DNA from: Candidatus Micrarchaeota archaeon | GTDB lineage: Archaea > B1Sed10-29 > B47-G15 | Assembly (NCBI GenBank): GCA_003660975.1 | Contig: QMVG01000002.1 | Span: 53,850 to 117,849 of the forward strand | DNA: 64,000 nucleotides | Reading direction: 5' to 3' | Part shown: positions 49,207 to 59,566 of the stretch, in pieces | How positions within the stretch are numbered: the first letter of the stretch is position 1 | How the letters are laid out: each line of letters starts with the position of its first letter | Translations under genes and position numbers: made by a program | Notes under the pieces: generated by a model | Databases searched by the model: none | What the model was told of the DNA's origin: nothing | Seen by the model: the letters and a program-made list of their open reading frames with translations, nothing else

Positions 49207-51897
49207 ATGAGAAGTTTGAATTTAAAGAGGGTGGCGGCCATCGCAGCTGGAGCTGCAATGGTTGGTAGCACACTTGCTACTGGTTTGGCTGCAGTAAACA
49301 CCCAAGGTGACGTCACAAGCTTTGTACAGAACGTCAAAGCAAACCTAGACGACGTGGAGATCGTCGTCGGAACGAACGGAGCTGCAATCAGTGACGGAAT
49401 ACAGGCAGCTAAGTTAGCAGCTGTTCTTGCAACCCTCAACTTTGAGGAAGCAACTGACGTAGCAGCAGTACCTGACACATCAGGAGTAACAATCGGCGAG
49501 AAGTCAGTAAAGGTCTCAACATCAACAGGAGGAACAATAGTACAGCCATCAGAGGTAGAGTTCCCAATAGTCTACCCAGCAGTAGTGGATTACTCCTCAA
49601 GCGTAAGTTATTCTACCGGTTCAAAACCAGCAACCTTGACGCCAGATGTCCTCCCAGGTGTTCTGACCAGGTCAACATTTGAGACAATAACATCAGGAGG
49701 AACAACTGTTGACAGGATGCTTGAGGAGCAGATAGTGATAGACAGCGGCAATGTCAAGTACGCAGAGGACACAGACCCAGACGGACACGGGCTGTACTGG
49801 AACCTCGGAGGCAAGGACCACATCCACTACAAGCTCGACTTTACGAAGAGCGGAAATGGTCTGCCAACAGGTTCTGGCAACTACTCAGAAACGCCTGAGA
49901 TAACACTTCTGGGACACACCTATGGAATAAACACAAGAAAGCTAGCTGACAATGTATTTGAGCTCTACGCAGGAGACAAGATAACACTGACATCAGGAGA
50001 TGAGTACGAGACAGCAGACGGTTACACAATAAAAGTCAACTTAGTGAGCCAAATAACTAGTGAAAGCACCACACGTGGAAAGGTCTCCTTGACCGTGACA
50101 TCTCCTGACGGAGACGAGCAGACAAGAAGCATCCAGGAAGGAAACTCATACGAGTTCTTCGGAGGAGCAGTCACAATAACAGTTGACAGCGCAGCAACAG
50201 GTTTCACTCAGGAGAACGTCCAGACAGGAGTTGCAACCCTTAGGATCGGAACAGGCTCATTGAAGTTTGAGAAAGGAGATCCATTCCCACTTGACCCTGC
50301 CTGGAAGGTCAAGGACATAACCTGGAGCTCTGGATACCTGCAGTCAATAGACATAACATACGGAAACCCAGACGGAGAAACATACTTTGAGAAGGGAGAC
50401 TTCCAGGGAGATGTGAAGCACGGGCTTGCGCAGGGAGTAATCGTGCCAGGTCCAAAGGACGCAGACGGAAAATCCCTGTTCAACATCCAGCTTGCAGGCT
50501 TTGGAGGTTCAACCCAGATAGACACAACAACACTTGAGTTTGAGGGAGACGGCAGCGACTCAGATGCTGTAATGCACGTGACATGGGTTGACCCAGACGG
50601 CTTGACAAATGTGCTGGATGCCAGCAAGGACGAATTGGCTCCATTCCACAAACTAGTTGCTGGTTCAAATGAGACATTGAACGCGACAACAGAGGCCAAC
50701 TACTTCATAGTGAACGACAAGCTATTTGTCTTCAAGGGATGGACAACAGAGGGGCTTCCAACGCATTTCGTAAAGCCAAGGTTCGCAATAGGCTCAGCAA
50801 CAGGTCCTGTAATTGAGGGAGACCCTGTTGACATGTCAAAGGCATCACCAACAGGACACTTCAAGTACACATCAGGAGCTTCAGCAACAGGAGGCAACAT
50901 AGACTGTACATTCACGTACTACAGCAATGCCTCAAAGGACGATGGCTGGATACACATAGCATACGATGCCGCAACATGTGACATAATACCTGACCAAGTG
51001 AACGCAGGAATGGAAGCAGTAATGGACCAAGCAGCTCAGAGCGGTACGCCTGTAACAATGGACCTCAGGTATGTGAGGGGCGCAAAGCTGAACGCCTCAA
51101 GCGAGACCAATGTGGATGGAAAGACATTCCCTGTTGTGTTGCTCTGGGAGGCGAACCAGACATACCCAGGAGCTGACAGGCCAATTGTTATAATGTATGA
51201 CGGCTCAACAACAACTGGTTTCAGCAAGGATTACACAGGCATACTGGCAGGAATTCCAACAAACATAACCCTCTTAGGAAATGGAGCTAAGGGAGGAGCA
51301 GTCCTGAACATGTCAGAGTACACAGACAACAAGCTGGTTGACACACCTGCAAACAGTGCCTCAACAAGCAGCACAATACAAAACAAATACCACATAACAG
51401 CCTACAGCTCTGAGTTGTCTGCGGATGGAAACAAGTTGACAATTGTCGTGCCAGAGGCCGCAAGGTCAGCTGTTGTGAAGGTGGCCAAGACCATTGAGGA
51501 AACAGAAGGCGAGGAAGGACAGGCATACTACACGCTGTCTGAGGGAGATTCAATCAGCGGCGTGACAATAGAAGAGATCAACGCAGAGATAACTGGTCTG
51601 GACAGCATCACCTGCGGTGCAGCTGAGGGAACACTCTACTCCAAGAAGACTGCACTTGACCCAACAGCTCTGGTGACGACGGACACAGCCGCAACAGCAA
51701 CATACCAGATTGTTGTTGGAGGTCCATTTGTCAACAAGTTGGCACAGGCCATTGACACAACTGGACTGACAACGACAGGAGCTGGTGCACAGTACCTCAT
51801 CGCAACAGATGATGGTACAAAGTTGCTGGCTGCTGGTTACACAGCAAGCGACACTGCGGCTGCAGTTGACGAGTTAATCCGTCTGTTGCAAGGATAA
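49207..51897 (+). CDS. S-layer protein (S_layer_N/C type)
   Basis: 'KRVAAIAAGAAM', 'IVVG..AAISD', C-terminal 'VVGGPFVN', 'AGYTASDT'; acidic and Thr/Gly-rich; strong codon bias; 8 NxS/T sequons counted. Confidence 0.92.
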   Translation: MRSLNLKRVAAIAAGAAMVGSTLATGLAAVNTQGDVTSFVQNVKANLDDVEIVVGTNGAAISDGIQAAKLAAVLATLNFEEATDVAAVPDTSGVTIGEKSVKVSTSTGGTIVQPSEVEFPIVYPAVVDYSSSVSYSTGSKPATLTPDVLPGVLTRSTFETITSGGTTVDRMLEEQIVIDSGNVKYAEDTDPDGHGLYWNLGGKDHIHYKLDFTKSGNGLPTGSGNYSETPEITLLGHTYGINTRKLADNVFELYAGDKITLTSGDEYETADGYTIKVNLVSQITSESTTRGKVSLTVTSPDGDEQTRSIQEGNSYEFFGGAVTITVDSAATGFTQENVQTGVATLRIGTGSLKFEKGDPFPLDPAWKVKDITWSSGYLQSIDITYGNPDGETYFEKGDFQGDVKHGLAQGVIVPGPKDADGKSLFNIQLAGFGGSTQIDTTTLEFEGDGSDSDAVMHVTWVDPDGLTNVLDASKDELAPFHKLVAGSNETLNATTEANYFIVNDKLFVFKGWTTEGLPTHFVKPRFAIGSATGPVIEGDPVDMSKASPTGHFKYTSGASATGGNIDCTFTYYSNASKDDGWIHIAYDAATCDIIPDQVNAGMEAVMDQAAQSGTPVTMDLRYVRGAKLNASSETNVDGKTFPVVLLWEANQTYPGADRPIVIMYDGSTTTGFSKDYTGILAGIPTNITLLGNGAKGGAVLNMSEYTDNKLVDTPANSASTSSTIQNKYHITAYSSELSADGNKLTIVVPEAARSAVVKVAKTIEETEGEEGQAYYTLSEGDSISGVTIEEINAEITGLDSITCGAAEGTLYSKKTALDPTALVTTDTAATATYQIVVGGPFVNKLAQAIDTTGLTTTGAGAQYLIATDDGTKLLAAGYTASDTAAAVDELIRLLQG

Positions 51898-51932
51898 GGG
51901 CTCTAACCCCCTTTTCCCTTATTTTTGTTTTT
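51896..51932 (+). terminator. Probable terminator after the S-layer gene
   Basis: Short GGG/CCC stem followed by pyrimidine and T tracts. Confidence 0.55.
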
Positions 51933-51988
51933 ACAAAGCTCTGAGCGTTAGCTCTGTTTAAATATAAGAAAAATGTTAAGTGATAACT

Positions 51989-52546
51989 ATGAAAAAAAGG
52001 ACTAAAGCAGGATCAAAAAAGCAAGCGCAGTGGAAATACGGCCTTATCACCGTAATTGCAATTATCATTATTGCCTCAATAATCCTTTTAAGCTCCTCGC
52101 CTGTTAGCAGGTATAGGATAGGAAACACTGATGCTTACATCGTAGGCCATGATGCAGTAAACAGAATAAAACAGCTTCTGGAAGAATCCTCTCGCGTAAT
52201 TATTATAGCAGAAGGAGACAACCACACAACCCAAACAACCGGCTTTATATCATCTGCAGTAACATATCTTGCGAGGGACTTTCCGAAGCGACTAAATAGC
52301 TCAGACATCTATGGCATAGAGTATTACGGGGGCAGGGCCATTGGTTGCATAGGAGAGAATGCAAGCCTGGACTTTTGCCTCAATTTCAAGCCCTCTGATA
52401 AGGAACTGCTCATAAAAATTAAATACCCAAATTACAGCGAGAACAATATTTTAGTTTACGATAACACCATTGAGTTCAGAGGCAAGTCAGGAGCAGATAC
52501 CCTATCTCTTGTGAAAGCTTTTGAACAGCTCTTCCTAGGGAAGTGA
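51989..52546 (+). CDS. Membrane-anchored hypothetical protein
   Basis: Basic N-terminus, single TM, NxS/T sequons. Confidence 0.7.
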   Translation: MKKRTKAGSKKQAQWKYGLITVIAIIIIASIILLSSSPVSRYRIGNTDAYIVGHDAVNRIKQLLEESSRVIIIAEGDNHTTQTTGFISSAVTYLARDFPKRLNSSDIYGIEYYGGRAIGCIGENASLDFCLNFKPSDKELLIKIKYPNYSENNILVYDNTIEFRGKSGADTLSLVKAFEQLFLGK

Positions 52547-52550
52547 TTTT

Positions 52551-53459
52551 TTGAGATTGAACGTCCTGTGGTTTACACTATCTCTTGTGCTTATTTTTCT
52601 TTTGTATGAGCTCAGCGGCGCAAAAGTGCAAGGAATTAACCTTGCATACTTCTCCCTTTCTTCATTGCTTTTTCTCGCATCAACCTTTTTTTGGGCCTTA
52701 GCCTGGATCTATGTTATGAAAGCACCAACAAGAAAAGCACTTATTATACACCTAAGGTCTCTGGCAGGTGTTTTTGCTCCTATGGGTCTTGGAGCTGACA
52801 TGCTCAGAAGCTTTTGGGCATCAAAAGAAAAAGGAATGAAACCAGACAGGGCTTTGGCTTGCAGTTTGATAGTTAAGTTTTTCAAGTTTATTTTAATGTT
52901 CCTACTTTTACTGTTCAGCGTAATTGCCCTGAGCAGCCGTTCATATGATTTCCCTCAATACGTGTTCATCTTTATAAGCATGCTTTTCTCTGCTCTCATA
53001 GGTCTTTTGATAATTATCCTGCTGAGGTCAAGAAAAACAATTGCATTTATCCACCATTTCATTAGGAAGTTATTCTTATGGCGCTTTCATGAGGAGCTTA
53101 ACCTTAACTTTGACAGGTTGAGGTTGAGAGACATTGCCTTTATAATCATTGTGCTTATGCTGTCTGTTGTTTTTGAGATAGGGGCTGCCTGGGCTGCTTT
53201 CTTGTCCGTTTCTCAAGAGCTTCCTCTGCTACATATCATTATATTTTCCAGCGTTGCTTCCTCTCTTGCGCTGATAACCGTGTCGCCACAGGGGCTCGGA
53301 TTCGTTGAGGCAGGCTCTTACTTTCTTCTGTCAATGGGCTACTTTTCGCTTTCAAGAGTGGTTATAGGCAATGTTTTAATAGTATGGAACATAGTAAGAT
53401 TATGGATTCCCAGCATTGTGGGTCTATTTGCTTCACTTGTAAAGAGGTCTGATAGATGA
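52551..53459 (+). CDS. LPG-synthase TM / flippase-like protein (UPF0104)
   Basis: Multi-TM; 'P..LGAD..R', 'PQGLGFVE'. Confidence 0.82.
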   Translation: MRLNVLWFTLSLVLIFLLYELSGAKVQGINLAYFSLSSLLFLASTFFWALAWIYVMKAPTRKALIIHLRSLAGVFAPMGLGADMLRSFWASKEKGMKPDRALACSLIVKFFKFILMFLLLLFSVIALSSRSYDFPQYVFIFISMLFSALIGLLIIILLRSRKTIAFIHHFIRKLFLWRFHEELNLNFDRLRLRDIAFIIIVLMLSVVFEIGAAWAAFLSVSQELPLLHIIIFSSVASSLALITVSPQGLGFVEAGSYFLLSMGYFSLSRVVIGNVLIVWNIVRLWIPSIVGLFASLVKRSDR

Positions 53460-54139
53460 TAACAGTTGTGATGCCTGCGTTTAATGAAGCCGAGAAAGGC
53501 ATTGAAAATAACTTGAAAGAGCTGTGCAGGTTAAAAGAAGTTGACGAGATTGTTGTTGTTAATGACGGAAGCAGCGATGACACAGCCAAAATCGTCCAAA
53601 GCATTGCTAGAAGAAACAGGAAAGTTAAGTTAGTGAACCATGAGAGAAACAAAGGAAAAGGAGAAGCCATGAGGACAGGTGTTAAAAATGCTAGGGGAGA
53701 CCTTATTGTTTTCATTGACGCCTCACAGTTTAGTATTTCAGACATTCCAAAGGTAGTAAAGAAAGCGAAAAATTATGACATAGTGATCGGCATTAGGGAC
53801 TTCAGCAAGATACCTCTGCTCAGAAGAATAAATAACCTCCTATCAAGGCTCGCTGTTTTCATAGCAACAGGCAGACATATCAGCGACAGCATAAGTGGCT
53901 TTAGGGCAATAAGAAAAAAAGACTTCATTGCACTTGATACTAAGGAAAGGGGCTATGCAATAGAAATAGAGATGAACTTCAAGGCATTAAGCAGGGGGAT
54001 GACTGTAGGTGAAGTTCCGGTTAAGGTCTACTACGAAAAAGAGTCCTCTTTACCCACATTGGGCTCTTTAAAGAGATCCGTATACGAGTCCTGCTTTACT
54101 GTGCTTGGTGTGTTTAGGACCTGGCTTGGGCTGTGGTGA
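53456..54139 (+). CDS. GT2 dolichol-phosphate glycosyltransferase-like
   Basis: 'PAFNE', 'NDGSSD', 'N.GKG.A', 'SGFRA'. Confidence 0.9.
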   Translation: MITVVMPAFNEAEKGIENNLKELCRLKEVDEIVVVNDGSSDDTAKIVQSIARRNRKVKLVNHERNKGKGEAMRTGVKNARGDLIVFIDASQFSISDIPKVVKKAKNYDIVIGIRDFSKIPLLRRINNLLSRLAVFIATGRHISDSISGFRAIRKKDFIALDTKERGYAIEIEMNFKALSRGMTVGEVPVKVYYEKESSLPTLGSLKRSVYESCFTVLGVFRTWLGLW

Positions 54140-54140
54140 T

Positions 54141-54557
54141 ATGGTAAGGAAATATTATACATTCAAACAGTTCAGGGAAATGCTTTTTGTAATTACCATA
54201 ATCCTTATATCTTTGCTGGCCATTTTACTTTCTTTGATTTCACCATACAAGCAGGAAGCAACTGTTTATGAACTTTGGCTGTCTAATTATTCTTCAACAG
54301 TAGAGAAAGGCGAGAACATAACTTTTTTCATAAACAGCAACAGCGAGAGCAACAAGTTGTTTTCAATTGCCATATATTTTGACAGTAAATTGAAGGCAAA
54401 TTTTCTGAGCACTTTGAACAAAAATAGTATAAAAGTAAACCTGCCAAACGACCTTGATAAAGGAAAGCACAGGATTTCTGTTGTGGTTTTTGATACCTCT
54501 ACAGGAGATTGGTTTGGTCAAGGGCATCAGTTGTTCTATACGGTGAACGTCTTATGA
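54141..54557 (+). CDS. Membrane-anchored hypothetical protein (beta-rich exported domain)
   Basis: GGTGA RBS; single TM; coupled to neighbouring genes. Confidence 0.65.
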   Translation: MVRKYYTFKQFREMLFVITIILISLLAILLSLISPYKQEATVYELWLSNYSSTVEKGENITFFINSNSESNKLFSIAIYFDSKLKANFLSTLNKNSIKVNLPNDLDKGKHRISVVVFDTSTGDWFGQGHQLFYTVNVL

Positions 54558-55978
54558 AAAAGATAACAGTTTCATTGTTGCTTGCTTTGATATTCATTAC
54601 AGGGCTCGCATTAAGGCTAATGCCTGCGCTCAATTCAGAGCTTCCACTTAGGTTTGATTCTTACTATCACGCCCGTGTTGCAGAGTTGATAAATAGAGAC
54701 ATGTCTATCCCATCTTGGGAACCATGGCCTTATGGTGGAAGGCCCCATGTATACCCTCCTGCCTATCCGCTGCTTTTGCTTTTTATTTCCAAGCTTTTTA
54801 TGACAACTACTTTGAATGCAAGCAGGTTTGTACTTCCTTTCATAAGCTCTTTGATTGTTGTAGCAGCTTTTTACTTTGTTAGGTCATTTAAGTCAGAAAG
54901 GGCAGCATTGATAGCCAGTTTTCTGATTTCAGTTAACCCTTATCTTGTGTCATCATCATACGATTCTCCCCAAGTGATAGGGATACTCCTTCTTATTATC
55001 GCAGTGTATTTTGTTTTCAAAAAAGAATTTTTTAAAGCATCCATCTTGCTAGCATCAGTTTTTTTCTTTAATCCATTTAGCTTAGTTATGTTCTCAGTTC
55101 CGCTTTTTGCCTATCTGTTGATAAGGGACAAAACACTCAACACTGCAAAGACATTCTCATTACCTATAATCACCTCCATTCTCTGGCTGCTTTTAAATTT
55201 CAACGCTACGTCCTGCTATAACAATTGGATAGGGCCTTTATTCATAATGAAAAAAATAAACCCCTGGATAAATTTCGCTACACCTATATTCATATTTCTT
55301 CCAATTATAGCCTTTGTTATGATTAAAGACCTTAAGGACAAGTTCAGGTTTTTCTGGTTTATCTCTTCAATTGTTTTTGTGGCAGTATTCATGCTTCATT
55401 TTATTACTCCTATTTTCCATCCTTGGAGGGCAGATGTTTATCTAATGCTTGCCCTCTCTTTTCTGTTTTCCGATTCTTTGTCAAGCCTAAACTGGAAAAA
55501 CCTATTTCTGTTCATAACACTCTCAATGATAAGCCTTGCCTCCCTTTTCTCTGTTTTCCTAGCATCTCCCTTGATGATGCCCCCCCTCACACAGAACGAG
55601 TACAAACTGGTTGATTTTATCAGCAAAAACAATAAGGGGCTGCCGATATTGGCAAATCATGACATGTGCTCAAATATTCTAACCTTGACAAATAAAAGCT
55701 GTCTCTTGGACTTGAACTTTGAGTGCATACCAAATGCAACGAGTTGGTACGACTACGAACAGTTCTTCTGGGTAGCAAGCAGGCAGGAGATGAGAGACAT
55801 TATAAATAGGAATCCAGATATATCCTATATTGCATACTCCTCAGGAGATTGGGGAAGGCAGTTCTTGGAATCTATGGATGTTGACAAGGTATATTCAGCG
55901 TGGACTGATTCGTCCAGAGATGCGAGCCTGTATAAGGTTAACAGAATTAAAGGCAATATAACGTATATGGAGGGCTGA
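54554..55978 (+). CDS. GT-C fold (STT3/PMT-like) membrane glycosyltransferase 1
   Basis: 'FDSYYHAR', 'GRPHVYPP', many TMs, soluble C-domain. Confidence 0.72.
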   Translation: MKKITVSLLLALIFITGLALRLMPALNSELPLRFDSYYHARVAELINRDMSIPSWEPWPYGGRPHVYPPAYPLLLLFISKLFMTTTLNASRFVLPFISSLIVVAAFYFVRSFKSERAALIASFLISVNPYLVSSSYDSPQVIGILLLIIAVYFVFKKEFFKASILLASVFFFNPFSLVMFSVPLFAYLLIRDKTLNTAKTFSLPIITSILWLLLNFNATSCYNNWIGPLFIMKKINPWINFATPIFIFLPIIAFVMIKDLKDKFRFFWFISSIVFVAVFMLHFITPIFHPWRADVYLMLALSFLFSDSLSSLNWKNLFLFITLSMISLASLFSVFLASPLMMPPLTQNEYKLVDFISKNNKGLPILANHDMCSNILTLTNKSCLLDLNFECIPNATSWYDYEQFFWVASRQEMRDIINRNPDISYIAYSSGDWGRQFLESMDVDKVYSAWTDSSRDASLYKVNRIKGNITYMEG

Positions 55979-55981
55979 GAA

Positions 55982-57412
55982 GTGAACAAAAGGTTGTTGT
56001 TGCTTTTCATTTTCTTTTTTGTATTTTTCTCACTCCCACAACTGCTAAGATTCGCGCTTTACTCTCCGTCTATCATAGGCACAACCCCTTATTTTCACAT
56101 TAGAATGGCCGAATTGCTTCTCTCAGGTCAAGCTTATGATTCTTTGTCATTTGGAGGCAGATATTACACATACCCACCTGCCTATCACTGGCTTTTGGCA
56201 ATTAGTCCTTTGAAATATCTTTTGAACCCCTTCATAGGTGCTTTGGGCGTAGTGCTTCTTTATTTCATCGCAAGAGAATTGGGCTTTTCAGAGGAATCTG
56301 CTTTATTCTCATCAGCGCTTCTGGGTTTTATCCCTGGCTATTTGTATCTTTCTGGACACATCAACCCGAGAATGCCCGCGCTCTTTTTCTTAATGCTTAC
56401 ATTCCTCTTTCTCCTAAAGTCAAGAAAAGATAAAAGAATGTTTTATTTGTCTTTTCTCTCAATGCCAATCGTTTTTCTCATACATCCCCTCGTGGGAGCA
56501 GTTGCCGTCTTTTTGGTTCTTTTTCTTTTCAGGAGCATGTTTAAAAGGGTTGCCCTGCTTTCTCTCTTTTCTTTATCTGTATTTCTTCTGTGGTTCCTGC
56601 CATTAGCTCTTAACTTAGGTCTTCCGCAATATAGCTCATTCTATTCTGTTTATGTGGAGCTGAAAACAGGCATTCAATACTTCATATTTGAATACGGTTT
56701 GGTGAGCGATTCCATCACAGCTTTTATGCTGCTTCTGTCTTTATACGCAATATTTAAGGTGAAAGGCAAGAGCTTTGTGAAGGAATGGGCAATATTGGCT
56801 TTCTTCCTTCCACTACTGATAGGAAATAGGATAAATGAGCAACTGCTGTTTCCAGTAGCTCTTTTGGCTGCTGAGGTTTTTATTAATCATTGGAATAGGT
56901 TCTGGAAAGACATCAAGTTAGATTTCGTGCCTGTTAAGGTCTGGACAGCTTTGTTTATGCTTTACGTTTCTGTAGCTGCAATACTTGCCGCAGGAGCTCT
57001 TATGTTTTTCCCACCGTCAGCAGAAGAATACCACGCAATGCAGTGGCTGTCATTACATAGTCCAGAAAATGCCGTGGTATTCGCTGATTGGTTCTACGGT
57101 CATTGGATAAGTGCTATTGCAAAAAGGAAGAATGTTATGGACGCTTATGCCGAATACGCGCCGAACCTGGAACAGAGGTTCAGGGACAGCAACAAAATAC
57201 TTTACGGCTCTGATATAAATGTTACTATATCTTTGCTTAGGAAATATAATGTGTCTTATGTTTACTATGAAAGGCCAAGAGATGCGGAGTTATGCTCTGG
57301 TTTTCCATATATAACACGCTATCCATACTTTAAAAAGCTCTACCAGGATAAGAGAATTTACATATACAAGGTAGATTATCTTGGCAACTCAACACCAGTG
57401 CCTATCTGCTGA
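55982..57412 (+). CDS. GT-C fold (STT3-like) membrane glycosyltransferase 2
   Basis: 'PYFHIR', 'GRYYTYPP', 'AMQWL...PENAVVFADWFYGHWI', 'LRKYNVSYV'. Confidence 0.75.
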   Translation: MNKRLLLLFIFFFVFFSLPQLLRFALYSPSIIGTTPYFHIRMAELLLSGQAYDSLSFGGRYYTYPPAYHWLLAISPLKYLLNPFIGALGVVLLYFIARELGFSEESALFSSALLGFIPGYLYLSGHINPRMPALFFLMLTFLFLLKSRKDKRMFYLSFLSMPIVFLIHPLVGAVAVFLVLFLFRSMFKRVALLSLFSLSVFLLWFLPLALNLGLPQYSSFYSVYVELKTGIQYFIFEYGLVSDSITAFMLLLSLYAIFKVKGKSFVKEWAILAFFLPLLIGNRINEQLLFPVALLAAEVFINHWNRFWKDIKLDFVPVKVWTALFMLYVSVAAILAAGALMFFPPSAEEYHAMQWLSLHSPENAVVFADWFYGHWISAIAKRKNVMDAYAEYAPNLEQRFRDSNKILYGSDINVTISLLRKYNVSYVYYERPRDAELCSGFPYITRYPYFKKLYQDKRIYIYKVDYLGNSTPVPIC

Positions 57413-58500
57413 CAGTTGTTAAATAAACAGTCGATAACAACAGTGGCATAGCTTCCTTTTGGCAGGGAAAAATCCAGCAAGTATCTCCCCTCAGCTTCTT
57501 TTACTATTTTCATATCTCCTATTTCTATCCACAGTTTTCTTCTGGTTCCCTTGCTTCTCAAATCATGAAGGTTGTTTACCCTAAAGTCTTCTAATGTCAA
57601 ACCATGTCTTTCTAATATCTCCTGTTCCAATTCATTTTCCAATTCCAGCGCATATCCGTATATGGGGCCAGTCTCATAGTCCAGGCCTCTTTTTATGCAC
57701 TCTGCTAGAAATTCGTTAAAGAGCTTGGCTTGGTAAGCGTGAACAAACATCTTTAATAACGAGCGGGGTAGCATTCTCAGTGCCCTTAGGTAATTTCTTG
57801 GCTGTCTTGACAGGGAGACGAGCATTTTTCTTTCAAAGCGCAGGCGCTTTGGAAAATATTTTAAAGCTTCCTTGAAGTTCATCTCCTCAGCCAGTTTTTT
57901 TCTTGCCTTTATTGAATTTTCATCTTCTCTTTCATCAACAGCTGTTAAGTATGTCATAACTGCTTTTTCAAAATCTTTTTTTACTATGCTTTCTCCAACA
58001 TCGGCAGTTATCGGCCTTATAACTCCAAAGCGCTGTTCTCCGAAAAAATTGGGAAATTTATCCATGCGCCTAGGCTCTCTATCAGAGTAAACCCTTATTA
58101 TGAAATGGTTTCCTACAAGGTCTCCTATGAAAACCCCTCTGTCCCTGTAAGCCAATGGAACAAGCTCTATATTTTCCACATTGAATTTTTTTAGCTCTTC
58201 CTTTCTAACGCCCTTTATGCTTATGAGTTGCGAGCTTATTGACCTCTTGTCCTTTGTTCCAGCAAAAGAGACGCTTCTATTAGGAATGTTTAGCTGTTTA
58301 GCAATTTTTTCAACAGCCAACAACGTGTCCCAGTTTCTCTTTTTCATTACGCATAGAAGGTATTCCCCTCTTCCCCCTTGAAACCTATATTTCTTGTTTA
58401 CAGACAGAACACCGTAATCTTTTGTTATCTCTTCAACAATAAAATCCTCTGCTTTTTCCTTAATTTTGTATGCGCTAGTTCCTGTATCTGAGGATTGCAC
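57376..58500 (-). CDS. truD: tRNA pseudouridine(13) synthase TruD
   Basis: 'EDFIVEE', 'AGTKDK', 'PNFFGEQRFG', 'LPKGSYAT'; probable GTG start inside the 3' end of aRF1. Confidence 0.92.
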   Translation of the reverse strand: MQSSDTGTSAYKIKEKAEDFIVEEITKDYGVLSVNKKYRFQGGRGEYLLCVMKKRNWDTLLAVEKIAKQLNIPNRSVSFAGTKDKRSISSQLISIKGVRKEELKKFNVENIELVPLAYRDRGVFIGDLVGNHFIIRVYSDREPRRMDKFPNFFGEQRFGVIRPITADVGESIVKKDFEKAVMTYLTAVDEREDENSIKARKKLAEEMNFKEALKYFPKRLRFERKMLVSLSRQPRNYLRALRMLPRSLLKMFVHAYQAKLFNEFLAECIKRGLDYETGPIYGYALELENELEQEILERHGLTLEDFRVNNLHDLRSKGTRRKLWIEIGDMKIVKEAEGRYLLDFSLPKGSYATVVIDCLFNNCQQIGTGVELPR

Positions 58501-59566
58501 CGATACCACCAAAGCCCTTAAGGAACTGTTGCCCCCCATTCGTGCTTGTGCTTATTATTTCCACTTTTGTTCCCATTTCTTCGGCAATGCTCTCAAGTTC
58601 GTCTATCTTTTCATCATCCAAGCCCTCGGATAGCATTAAAAGTTCCACCTGTCCTCTTTCAAGAGCTTCTCTTACCTCTTTTTCGCCATATGCAGCCAGG
58701 TTTCCAACACTTGCTTCTTTTATGAACCTATCAACAAGCTTCTTTTCTTTGGCTGTTTCCATCTCCTCAATAATCTCTCCGCTTTTGTCTAAAATTTCCT
58801 TTATTCCAAACTCGTCAGTATAACCTGTGTCCACCACACCAACAATTTTTTTCTTGACCTCTGGCCTTAGATATGGCCCGTCAATAAATCCGTACTTTGT
58901 AGGTCCGCTTCCTCCTGCTATGATTGCCTTTACTTTTGGGTCAGAAAAAGCTTCGTTTATGACTTCAGCAACCTTTTTGTAGAAATCCACAGCTGCTTCC
59001 TCTATAAGTCTCGTAAATCTCATAGCACTTTGGCCTCCCTTGTGGTGTTTTCCAGGAACGTTGGATGTCATATGTCTTATAATGTTCAAGTGCTTGCCTT
59101 CAATCAGGGCGATTGTTGCCTCTCTCCTGTCCATTGCAAAAGCACCATAAATCTCCTTTGCTCCAAGCATGTCTTCAAGTGGCTTAGTGTAGAAACTTGA
59201 ATCGCACCTGTAAATCTGAACGTTTATGGGCTTTGGAGGGATGAGAGTGATTAATTTTATATCTGGCTGGTCGTTTCGGCTGCTAACATTACCACAGAAA
59301 ATAGCAACCCCCTTATCGCCTGTTTTGTGAACCCCTTTTAACACTTGAAGTATCCTGTCAATAGCTGCCTGGACATTTTTTCGTGTACTCTTGCTTTTTA
59401 TGTTTGCTGCCTGGCCGTATTCACTTCTTAACCTTGCGCTTATTTCATTAACATTTGCGTTTGGTGGAATGTAAACACTAATCAATTCAGTTCCCTGTCC
59501 CCTTATGCTTTTGAGATACTTTAACTCCTTTTTTAGCTGGTGCATTTCCTTTGAACTTTCAGGCAT
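58475..59566 (-). CDS. prf1: Peptide chain release factor aRF1 (compact)
   Basis: NIKS, YRCD, GGQ, 'GGIGAILRY'. Confidence 0.96.
   Translation of the reverse strand: MPESSKEMHQLKKELKYLKSIRGQGTELISVYIPPNANVNEISARLRSEYGQAANIKSKSTRKNVQAAIDRILQVLKGVHKTGDKGVAIFCGNVSSRNDQPDIKLITLIPPKPINVQIYRCDSSFYTKPLEDMLGAKEIYGAFAMDRREATIALIEGKHLNIIRHMTSNVPGKHHKGGQSAMRFTRLIEEAAVDFYKKVAEVINEAFSDPKVKAIIAGGSGPTKYGFIDGPYLRPEVKKKIVGVVDTGYTDEFGIKEILDKSGEIIEEMETAKEKKLVDRFIKEASVGNLAAYGEKEVREALERGQVELLMLSEGLDDEKIDELESIAEEMGTKVEIISTSTNGGQQFLKGFGGIGAILRYRN

Noticed and set aside
49207-51897. Different base and codon usage suggesting horizontal transfer
   Set aside because: The bias (GAC, AAC, ACA, GGA, TAC) fits a very highly expressed native S-layer gene; no mobility genes or flanking repeats.
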